From: Dudresnaya verticillata
Taxonomy: Eukaryota
Direction: 5' to 3'
DNA length: 64,000 bases
NCBI GenBank assembly: GCA_977862235.1
Contig: OZ374565.1
Coordinates: forward strand, 2,542,001-2,606,000
Shown piece after piece: positions 52,436 through 61,703 of this stretch. Both the position numbers and the translations under genes were made by a program. Under the pieces are notes generated by a model. It saw only the letters and a list, made by a program, of their open reading frames with translations. It searched no databases and was not told where the DNA came from. The stretch's first letter is position 1. Every line of letters starts with the position of its first letter.

Positions 52436-53524
52436 TTTTATTTTTTTGCACCTCATTCCTTCCTCCCCGCCGCCCTCTGCGTACATTGCTGCCTTGCATA
52501 CCTCTCCCACAGAATCCCCGACCCACTGCCTCTGTACAGCGTATTCTTTTCACTCGCACTTTTCCCCTTTTCTTGTAAGTGGGAGGGAGTCTGAGAGTGT
52601 TTGCAGGTGTCTAGGGGTTGTTTAGGGTTAGGTCTAGGGTTAGTTTGGTTACTGTGGTACGCGAGGGGCATGATATTGGGAGGGTAAAGGGTCTAGTGTT
52701 GGTGCATGGAATGAATCATGGTGGTGGAAGGAATGGATCAGTGTGGTGGATGAATTGGATTTAGGGACATAGAATTGGATTAGATTTAGTACCCAGAAGA
52801 TTGGATCAAGGATCACCACAATCGGATCAAGTCTGGTGGCTGGGGTGAGGGTGGCTTGGACGTTTGTGCTCATAACTTTGGAACGGCTGGGGCTAGGGAG
52901 CTGCTCAGTAGCTGAATCGAAGCGTCTCGTTGCTGCGCATTGCGTAGCGCTCTTACCCTCCTAAATCGACTTTTTGGCGCGTTTCTATGGTGCAAAACGT
53001 CCCCACGGGCCGTCGGCAGCTTTTGAGCAGATCAAATAGGGGTTTGGGGCATGTATGGTTATGGGTGGGTTTAGGGGTGTTAGGGATGTGTCATTTTAAC
53101 GCGTTTAGGAGTGTAGGGAGTGGGAATGAAAGTAGTAAGGATGAGGAAATGGAAAGGGAAGGATGAGAAAGTATAGTACAATGCAGTAATACAAATCACG
53201 GAATGCATCAGGTTGGGATCCAATAAGGGTGGATGGATTGGATCAACGGAAGTCAAGGCGTTATAGGATTGGATCTAGGGGCTCTGTAAATTAGATTGGG
53301 TGCTGGTTTCATTGAACCAAGGGGTCAGAACGTCCATGAGCTGGTTGACTGTATTTATATTGAATCCTGCGTTTAGAGTAAATGGTATACGGTTATGGGT
53401 CATTACTTTAATGCTCCACGTGTACACTACAGTCGGATGGACATTGGACGCAGGAGTCTTTAGTCGATGACGGGGAGTGCAGTTGATGGCGCATTTAAAT
53501 AGGGGTACGGCGGGAACAGCAAGC
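52436..53524. repeat. 5S rDNA intergenic spacer
   Basis: Matches other spacer copies. Confidence 0.9.
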
Positions 53525-53613
53525 ACATTCGGCCATACTACGCAGACATGCTCCGTATCCCATCCCGAACTGCGAAGATAAGTCTCGTCAGGCTGGTTTA
53601 GTACTGAGGTGAG
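53525..53613 (+). rRNA. 5S rRNA: 5S rRNA gene 4, 5' segment (nt 1-89); 3' segment deleted
   Basis: Same sequence as 912-1000; no 3' segment after copy 13. Confidence 0.92.
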
Positions 53614-56600
53614 TTCAACTTTATAACAGGTGACCATATTCTAATATTTGTCGACGTACAATCTACTGTAGTATCACAACAAAGTTAAACCCCAACTCAA
53701 AACAACCTGCACATCTACACCTCCTGTTGGATCCCTTCCATCAGGCACTTGACGTTGTTCTGCACCAGTCGCGCCGCGTGCCTGTGGAACAGAGCCGCTC
53801 GCGAAACACCGCGAGTTACCATGGCCCGAGAAGCCACGGTATCCGCCAACTCTTGCATATACTTGTGCGCCTCCGGGTGCCAGCCACCTAGTGTGGTCAT
53901 CGGCACCGGCACAAGCCTTGCCCCCGGTCCGGCAGCCTGGATGAAGCCACGATAAGTCCGCACCTTGTCAGCGTGGGCGTTCTTCAGCGTCCCTTGCGGG
54001 TTTGTTATGCAGCTGAGAATGCGTTGTTCTGACGACAGTGGATGACTGATTGTGACGTCCAGGTAGTCCGTTCCTCCTTCTGTTCCAAGCGCCTTGATGT
54101 CCGGCCGATCCAAGTGAGCCCCCACCGGGCGGGGCTCCACAATCGGGGTGCGTGTCGCACGTTTCAGATCCGAAGCCAGCAGACGAACCTGAGAGTCGTG
54201 GCGCCACGACCGAGGAGATCCGCTGTTCCGCATGCCGTTCGGACAAATCAGCAGATGGTCGCCGTGAACATCCATCATCTTCTTGCACCCGGCCCGAGGA
54301 CACTCCGTGTCGGGTTCCAGCAGTGGAATCCGACAGTAGAATCGAAGCCATACGCGGTAGTCCCGATCCGCAATGTACGTCTTCATGCCTGGTGCCGGCT
54401 GGCACTTGAGCCAGTCCTTGGCGCCCGGCACGCCAAGGGAAGCTCGGAAAGCTTGCGTCCGCCTGTCCCCGAGCGGCAGCTCGGCTTGCACTTTCTTCAG
54501 AACCAACCGCGTCAAGTCCCGCTGGCGCGGGCACTCGTCGCTGTCGATCTTCTCCAGGTCCAGGGCATCCTCACTATGGCACTTGGCGCTCCAGTCTTCG
54601 TGCGCTTCTACTGCAAAAGGATCGTCAGAAAGAGCAGTGTTCACAGAAGCGGGTAAGATAGAACGCAGTAAGTTGCGGGTCAGTGAAAGGGACGCCAAAA
54701 ACGCGCTCGAGTTCATGTCGCCAGCTCCCGAAATACCGATTCCGAAGCTGGGCTCTTTCGTGCGCAGGGGAAGCTGAAGTTCGCGGAAGGTGTCCCTCGG
54801 TAGGACTCCTCCCACGAGCTTGCGCATGCAAGCCTCAATCTTCTGGTCTCGTGAGGCGTTGATACGGCGTTGCTCTTCTGCGGAAGGCGCAGTCTGCTCA
54901 CGGAATGTCGAGCCCTTCAAGGCCTCCTGCCATAGGGCGTCGTAATCCTTGAGTCCCCAGCGGCGGATTCGATCGCGGAAGGTGCCGATCGAGGACGCAG
55001 AGGTTGACGCGCCGGCCCTTGCACTCGCCGCGGGAGGATTGGACAAGACGGCTGCTGGAAAAAGCAGGAATGCAGTGAGCTCTTTGGTGGCTTCCTGAGA
55101 GTTGTTTGCGTTCGTAAAAGCCCATACCGTCTTGGACAGTGCGTCGCGCACCTCTGCGCGCACGCGAGACGGTATATGTGTGACCATAGGGATATGCGAG
55201 CGACAGATATCTTCGACCGCCGGCAGAAGCTGCCCTCCTGGACCCCGCGCAGCGTGTCGGGTTTGCGCAGTTGGTACCACTTGAGTAGCTGGTACCGGTG
55301 CAGGAGGCGGCTCCTGGCTGTCCGGGATTCGTCGCGGGGCTGGCAGGATATCGTCCGCCGGCTCGCCGTCCTCGGGTTGCGTCTCCGTGACCGCGTCCAG
55401 AGCAGGAGTCTGTGATGGCGCGGCTACAGTTTCTTCACGGCTCGGTGTCGTCAATTGGTTGGACGGGACGTGGGAGAACGCCGGAGTGCGAGTGGCGGGA
55501 CATGCGCTGCAATTCTTGTACCGCATACTGTACATGCCTTCACTGTTCATGCGGGAGCTACAGTGGGTAGGCATGTACTTGTTGTGAGTCACACAGTACC
55601 ATACTCCATAGTCCAGGAGCTGCTGCTTGAGAGGCTCGATGTCGGTCCTCGTCGGTGGTCCTCGCCTGCCAGGAACATGCATCTTCCGCAGGTGCATGAG
55701 TAGCGCTTCTACAGTAGGCAGTGAGGACGACTGGCAGCCCAGAGGACAGCTGGTACTGTTTGTCGGGCGGTGTTTTGCCGAAGGCATAAAGCATGGAGAG
55801 AGCCATACCTTCGGCATGTCGGGGTGCTGCTGACCAATCATGGTTACAGCGCTGGGTAAGGTACCTGTAAAGGTCCTCTACAGTAGGTTCCCTCGGGGCA
55901 CAGACCTCCTAACCGGGACGCAAGCCTGTCGTCCGTCGTCAGTCTGTTCGGGACACCTCCAGAGGGTGCTACAGGTGGCCTTGCTGCGAGATGAAGGCCT
56001 CTTCGCAGCGTAGGGCGTGAGATTGCGCAATTTGCGCACGAGCTCGCGCAAAAGGGCGCACGTGTTAGCGTTCGCGCGTAGACTTATCGGACGTTCCCTT
56101 CCCTGCCGCAGCTGAGAAGAGTCTCTTCACTGCGGTCCTGTAACGCGCGGTACTTCTCGTTTGCACAAGCTCTCAATGGGGTCGCAGAACCACCGTTTAC
56201 CTGTGAGTGCCCACAGGATTTTTGGCCTCCCCCGAAGGTTCGCTGGCAGGACGTTCGCTCGATCTTAGAAGGGGTGGTTTCAAAACAGGATCCACCAGGC
56301 TTAAGCCACGTTACCCCAACTTCGACGTTGCTTGGCACGTTTCTGCGATGAGCTTGTGGGTCACGAGCCGCCTACCACTCAAGGTCGAGGGTCTTTGGCG
56401 ATTCCCACACTTGTAGGTCTCTCGGCACTTCCCGAAGGAAGATTTTACAGGACAAGCCTGGCCTTTACCAATCTGTCAGTTGAAGGGTGTGAAACCCCTC
56501 TGTCGACAGTCCACGGCAGCCTAGACAGAGTCTAGGCTGTGCCGGGTACAAGCAAAACGCGTACAGGGCCAGGGAAAGAAAGATAAGTCAGTGGGGCCCG

Positions 56601-56895
56601 GGCAAATTTCAAGGTGAGGGATCACCTTAAAAGTAAGCGCAAAATAGGAAACGCGTGACCGTCGGCGACGACGGCGGCGGCGACGGCGGCGACGACGACG
56701 GCGTCGCGGCGCAGATCGACGGCGCAAAAAGAGACAAAAGTAGACCGCGCTCGCCCGCCGTCAAAGGTGAAGGGCTGAAAAACCCCGCACCGACGCGCCG
56801 TCGCGCGCTCGAACAGGCGGCACCGCCGCCGAAAAGATCGGTGCAGAACTTGTTGAGATATCCGCGAAACAAAATTTTCGGCAGATCGCGAGGGG
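53614..56895 (-). mobile_element. Retrotransposon copy 12 with internal in-frame deletion of the RT domain
   Basis: Both ends intact; junction TCTTCTGGTC|TCGTGAGGC near 54848. Confidence 0.93.
53715..55841 (-). CDS. 708-aa RT-less derivative (zinc finger region fused in frame to thumb/CCHC/RLE region)
   Basis: …RRINASR|DQKIEAC…; 454 codons missing relative to the 1162-aa protein. Confidence 0.8.
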   Translation of the reverse strand: MIGQQHPDMPKVWLSPCFMPSAKHRPTNSTSCPLGCQSSSLPTVEALLMHLRKMHVPGRRGPPTRTDIEPLKQQLLDYGVWYCVTHNKYMPTHCSSRMNSEGMYSMRYKNCSACPATRTPAFSHVPSNQLTTPSREETVAAPSQTPALDAVTETQPEDGEPADDILPAPRRIPDSQEPPPAPVPATQVVPTAQTRHAARGPGGQLLPAVEDICRSHIPMVTHIPSRVRAEVRDALSKTVWAFTNANNSQEATKELTAFLLFPAAVLSNPPAASARAGASTSASSIGTFRDRIRRWGLKDYDALWQEALKGSTFREQTAPSAEEQRRINASRDQKIEACMRKLVGGVLPRDTFRELQLPLRTKEPSFGIGISGAGDMNSSAFLASLSLTRNLLRSILPASVNTALSDDPFAVEAHEDWSAKCHSEDALDLEKIDSDECPRQRDLTRLVLKKVQAELPLGDRRTQAFRASLGVPGAKDWLKCQPAPGMKTYIADRDYRVWLRFYCRIPLLEPDTECPRAGCKKMMDVHGDHLLICPNGMRNSGSPRSWRHDSQVRLLASDLKRATRTPIVEPRPVGAHLDRPDIKALGTEGGTDYLDVTISHPLSSEQRILSCITNPQGTLKNAHADKVRTYRGFIQAAGPGARLVPVPMTTLGGWHPEAHKYMQELADTVASRAMVTRGVSRAALFHRHAARLVQNNVKCLMEGIQQEV

Positions 56896-56908
56896 GTACT
56901 GAGGTGAG

Positions 56909-59900
56909 TTCAACTTTATAACAGGGGACCATATTCTAATATTTGTCGACGTACAATCTACTGTAGTATCACAACAAAGTTAAACCCCCAACTCAAAACA
57001 ACTTGCACATCTACACCTCCTGTTGGATCCCTTCCATCAGGCACTTGACGTTGTTCTGTACCAGTCGCGCCGCGTGCCTGTGGAATAGAGCCGCTCGCGA
57101 AACACCGCGAGTTACCATGGCCCGAGAAGCCACGGTATCCGCCAACTCTTGCATATACTTGTGCGCCTCCGGGTGCCAGCCACCTAGTGTGGTCATCGGC
57201 ACCGGCACAAGCCTTGCCCCCGGTCCGGCAGCCTGGATGAAGCCACGGTAAGTCCGCACCTTGTCAGCGTGGGCGTTCTTCAGCGTCCCTTGCGGGTTTG
57301 TTATGCAGCTGAGAATGCGTTGTTCTGACGACAGTGGATGACTTATTGTGACGTCCAGGTAGTCCGTTCCTCCTTCTGTTCCAAGCGCCTTGATGTCTGG
57401 CCGATCCAGGTGAGCCCCCACCGGGCGGGGCTCCACAATCGGGGTGCGTGTCGCACGTTTCAGATCCGAAGCCAGCAGACGAACCTGAGAGTCGTGGCGC
57501 CACGACCGAGGAGAACCGCTGTTCCGCATGCCGTTCGGACAAATCAGCAGATGGTCGCCGTGAACATCCATCTTCTTCTTGCACCCGGCCCGAGGACACT
57601 CCGTGTCGGGTTCCAGCAGTGGGATCTGACAGTAGAATCGAAGCCATACGCGGTAGTCCCGATCCGCAATGTACGTCTTCATGCCTGGTGCCGGCTGGCA
57701 CTTGAGCCAGTCCTTGGCGCCCGGCACGCCAAGGGAAGCTCGGAAAGCTTGAGTCCGCCTGTCCCCGAGCGGCAGCTCGGCTTGCACTTTCTTCAGTACC
57801 AACCGCGTCAAGTCCCGCTGGCGCGGGCACTCGTCGCTGTCGATCTTCTCCAGGTCCAGGGCATCCTCACTATGGCACTTGGCGCTCCAGGCTTCGTGCG
57901 CTTCTACTGCAAAAGGATCGTCAGAAAGAGCAGTGTTCACAGAAGCGGGTAAGATAGAACGCAGTAAGTTGCGGGTCAGTGAAAGGGATGCCAAAAACGC
58001 GCTCGAGTTCATGTCTCCAGCTCCCGAAATACCGATTCCGAAGCTGGGCTCTTTCGTGCGCAGGGGAAGCTGAAGTTCGCGGAAGGTGTCCCTCGGTAGG
58101 ACTCCTCCCACGAGCTTGCGCGTGCAAGCCTCAATCTTCTGGTCGAAGAGCTCGGCGCCCTTTGCCGTGGCGGATGATGGAACTACTCGCAGCAGGTAGT
58201 TCAGCCGGCAGACTCCGGCACAGTTGCGGAGTAGAGTGATGGCCACGTGTAGGTCTTCTAGTCCCGAAATTGCGTCCAGCAGGGGCTGGATGGACTCGAC
58301 ATGGCCATTCACGCTCTCCTCCATGTAGTTCTGCGTTCCAATCGGAGCCTGAAGTACTGTAGTGCCTTCTCCGTAGCTCTGCCCAAGATCCGACGGGTAG
58401 GCAGCGCAGTCTTCTGGGTCGGGTGCAGTAGGCCACCAAACAGTACACTTGTCCATGCGCAGGTGGAAGCCATAGCCCTTAGCTTCCTCGGAGTCAAAGA
58501 AGGACAGAACCTTCCTGAGTACGGCGTGTTTCGCCACGATGACGCCGTCGTCCAGGTAGAACAGTGACAGCAGCAAGTTGTTCGCCCCCTCCGCTTGCTG
58601 ATTGCGGCCCGAGCGCCGCAGGTCGGCGGTGAGTTCCTTCAACTGTTTGATCAGTGCCTGCAGCACCAAAGCAAACAGTAACGGCCCGAGCGGGTCACCT
58701 TGCTGTACACCAGTGACACTCCGCAGTAGAGTGTCACCCATCCACAGGTGCGGGCCCTCAGAGTCATAACAGTATCTGACCCACGGTAGTAGTTCAGGCA
58801 TATGTCGGCGGACCTCCTTCATGAATGCTTTGCGGCTGACAAGGTTGAAGGCATTCTTCAAGTCCACTTGTAGCAACCCGTAGGACTTGTCATGGCCGTG
58901 AGACTTCTGCAGCTTCCGGACCGCGTGTACAATGGCTTCTGTGCCGCCCGAGGTTGCGACCCCGAGCTGAAGCGGTTCGAGGTATGCCTTGGCCTTGGGA
59001 GCGACTCTGGTCATGAGCATAGAGCTCACGAGTCGTCGGATTGTCTCTCCTACAGCAATGGGGCGGACACCGCCGGTGCGCTTCTTCAGAGCCGTGAGAG
59101 GAGCGCTGGCAATCCAAGGCGACAGCTCCGCAGGTCCTGCGCCGCTGGCCAGCACGTTGACCATTTTGGTGAGCCCGCCAAGCAGGCCCGTGTGCTCGTG
59201 AGTGGTCGGGACTGAGAGCAGTTCCTGCAGATGCGTCGGTGATAGTCCTGTTCCCCCCGAGGCCGAAGCCCGGGGGAACTTGGCCACTGCTTTTCGTACT
59301 TCGTCGGCTGTGAAAGGCACAAAGTCAGGCATGGTCGGCAGCGGTTCGGACTGGTCAAGCTCGTGGTCCGCGTCGGTTTCCGGTACGGACTGCGGGTGCT
59401 TGTCCTTCATGGACTGTATCACAGAGTCTGTGGCTGGGGCGATTCCATCAGAGTCTAGAGCTGCTGCTGCCTTACTGTAGGCGCCCTCCTTTGCAAGGCG
59501 AAGGGCTCGTGAGGCATTGATACGGCGTTGCTCTTCTGCGGAAGGCGCAGTCTGCTCACGGAATGTCGAGCCCTTCAAGGCCTCCTGCCATAGGGCGTCG
59601 TAATCCTTGAGTCCCCAGCGTCGGATTCGATCGCGGAAGGTGCCGATCGAGGACGCAGAGGTTGACGCGCTGGCCCTTGCACTCGCCGCGGGAGGATTGG
59701 ACAAGACGGCTGCTGGAAAAAGCAGGAATGCAGTGAGCTCTTTGGTGGCTTCCTGAGAGTTGGTTGCGTTCGTAAAAGCCCATACCGTCTTGGACAGTGC
59801 GTCGCGCACCTCGGCGCGGACGCGAGACGGTATATGTGTGACCATAGGGATATGCGAGCGACAGATGTCTTCGACCGCCGGCAGAAGCTGCCCTCCTGGA

Positions 59901-60549
59901 CCCCGCGCAACGGGTGGGGTTTGCGCAGTTGGTACCTCTCGAGTAGCAGGTACCGGTGCAGGAGGCGGCTCCTGGCTGTCCGGGATTCGTCGCGGGGCTG
60001 GCAGGATATCGTCCGCTGGCTCGCCGTCCTCGGGTTGCGTCTCCGTGACCGCGTCCAGAGCAGGAGTCTGTGATGGCGCGGCTACAGTTTCTTCACGGCT
60101 CGGTGTCGTCAATTGGTTGGACGGGACGTGGGAGAACGCCGGAGTGCGAGTAGCGGGACATGCGCTGCAATTCTTGTACCGCATACTGTACATGCCTTCA
60201 CTGTTCATGCGGGAGCTACAGTGGGTAGGCATGTACTTGTTGTGAGTCACACAGTACCATACTCCATAGTCCAGGAGCTGCTGCTTGAGAGGCTCGATGT
60301 CGGTCCTCGTCGGTGGTCCTCGCCTGCCAGGAACATGCATCTTCCGCAGGTGCATGAGTAGCGCTTCTACAGTAGGCAGTGAGGACGACTGGCAGCCCAG
60401 AGGACAGCTGGTACTGTTTGTCGGGCGGTGTTTTGCCGAAGGCATAAAGCATGGAGAGAGCCATACCTTCGGCATGTCGGGGTGCTGCTGACCAATCATG
60501 GTTACAGCGCTGGGTAAGGTACCTGTAAAGGTCCTCTACAGTAGGTTCC
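56909..60549 (-). mobile_element. Retrotransposon copy 13, intact ORF but most of the 5' UTR deleted
   Basis: Element GTAGGTTCC joins spacer TTCCTCCCCGCC directly. Confidence 0.93.
57011..60499 (-). CDS. RT-RLE retrotransposon protein, 1162 aa (copy 13, several private substitutions)
   Basis: Same motifs; variants such as ACTRK, HEAWS, YCQIP, CKKKM. Confidence 0.93.
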   Translation of the reverse strand: MIGQQHPDMPKVWLSPCFMPSAKHRPTNSTSCPLGCQSSSLPTVEALLMHLRKMHVPGRRGPPTRTDIEPLKQQLLDYGVWYCVTHNKYMPTHCSSRMNSEGMYSMRYKNCSACPATRTPAFSHVPSNQLTTPSREETVAAPSQTPALDAVTETQPEDGEPADDILPAPRRIPDSQEPPPAPVPATREVPTAQTPPVARGPGGQLLPAVEDICRSHIPMVTHIPSRVRAEVRDALSKTVWAFTNATNSQEATKELTAFLLFPAAVLSNPPAASARASASTSASSIGTFRDRIRRWGLKDYDALWQEALKGSTFREQTAPSAEEQRRINASRALRLAKEGAYSKAAAALDSDGIAPATDSVIQSMKDKHPQSVPETDADHELDQSEPLPTMPDFVPFTADEVRKAVAKFPRASASGGTGLSPTHLQELLSVPTTHEHTGLLGGLTKMVNVLASGAGPAELSPWIASAPLTALKKRTGGVRPIAVGETIRRLVSSMLMTRVAPKAKAYLEPLQLGVATSGGTEAIVHAVRKLQKSHGHDKSYGLLQVDLKNAFNLVSRKAFMKEVRRHMPELLPWVRYCYDSEGPHLWMGDTLLRSVTGVQQGDPLGPLLFALVLQALIKQLKELTADLRRSGRNQQAEGANNLLLSLFYLDDGVIVAKHAVLRKVLSFFDSEEAKGYGFHLRMDKCTVWWPTAPDPEDCAAYPSDLGQSYGEGTTVLQAPIGTQNYMEESVNGHVESIQPLLDAISGLEDLHVAITLLRNCAGVCRLNYLLRVVPSSATAKGAELFDQKIEACTRKLVGGVLPRDTFRELQLPLRTKEPSFGIGISGAGDMNSSAFLASLSLTRNLLRSILPASVNTALSDDPFAVEAHEAWSAKCHSEDALDLEKIDSDECPRQRDLTRLVLKKVQAELPLGDRRTQAFRASLGVPGAKDWLKCQPAPGMKTYIADRDYRVWLRFYCQIPLLEPDTECPRAGCKKKMDVHGDHLLICPNGMRNSGSPRSWRHDSQVRLLASDLKRATRTPIVEPRPVGAHLDRPDIKALGTEGGTDYLDVTISHPLSSEQRILSCITNPQGTLKNAHADKVRTYRGFIQAAGPGARLVPVPMTTLGGWHPEAHKYMQELADTVASRAMVTRGVSRAALFHRHAARLVQNNVKCLMEGIQQEV

Positions 60550-61614
60550 TTCCTCCCCGCCGCCCTCTGCGTACATTGCTGCCTTGCATACCTCTCCCAC
60601 AGAATCCCCGACCCACTGCCTCTGTACAGCGTATTCTTTTCACTCGCACTTTTCCCCTTTTCTTGTAAGTGGGAGGGAGTCTGAGAGTGTTTGCAGGTGT
60701 CTAGGGGTTGTTTAGGGTTAGGTCTAGGGTTAGTTTGGTTACTGTGGTACGCGAGGGGCATGATATTGGGAGGGTAAAGGGTCTAGTGTTGGTGCATGGA
60801 ATGAATCATGGTGGTGGAAGGAATGGATCAGTGTGGTGGATGAATTGGATTTAGGGACATAGAATTGGATTAGATTTAGTACCCAGAAGATTGGATCAAG
60901 GATCACCACAATCGGATCAAGTCTGGTGGCTGGGGTGAGGGTGGCTTGGACGTTTGTGCTCATAACTTTGGAACGGCTGGGGCTAGGGAGCTGCTCAGTA
61001 GCTGAATCGAAGCGTCTCGTTGCTGCGCATTGCGTAGCGCTCTTACCCTCCTAAATCGACTTTTTGGCGCGTTTCTATGGTGCAAAACGTCCCCACGGGC
61101 CGTCGGCAGCTTTTGAGCAGATCAAATAGGGGTTTGGGGCATGTATGGTTATGGGTGGGTTTAGGGGTGTTAGGGATGTGTCATTTTAACGCGTTTAGGA
61201 GTGTAGGGAGTGGGAATGAAAGTAGTAAGGATGAGGAAATGGAAAGGGAAGGATGAGAAAGTATAGTACAATGCAGTAATACAAATCACGGAATGCATCA
61301 GGTTGGGATCCAATAAGGGTGGATGGATTGGATCAACGGAAGTCAAGGCGTTATAGGATTGGATCTAGGGGCTCTGTAAATTAGATTGGGTGCTGGTTTC
61401 ATTGAACCAAGGGGTCAGAACGTCCATGAGCTGGTTGACTGTATTTATATTGAATCCTGCGTTTAGAGTAAATGGTATACGGTTATGGGTCATTACTTTA
61501 ATGCTCCACGTGTACACTACAGTCGGATGGACATTGGACGCAGGAGTCTTTAGTCGATGACGGGGAGTGCAGTTGATGGCGCATTTAAATAGGGGTACGG
61601 CGGGAACAGCAAGC
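60550..61614. repeat. 5S rDNA intergenic spacer (left end deleted)
   Basis: Matches other spacers but lacks the terminator-proximal ~25 bp. Confidence 0.9.
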
Positions 61615-61703
61615 ACATTCGGCCATACTACGCAGACATGCTCCGTATCCCATCCCGAACTGCGAAGATAAGTCTCGTCAGGCTGGTTTAGTACTGAGGT
61701 GAG
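61615..61703 (+). rRNA. 5S rRNA: 5S rRNA gene 5, 5' segment (nt 1-89), interrupted
   Basis: Same sequence as 912-1000. Confidence 0.93.

Noticed and set aside
52393..52510. Novel N-terminus of the 779-aa ORF
   Set aside because: Chance in-frame read-through from antisense spacer/5S into the truncated copy, with a non-ATG start
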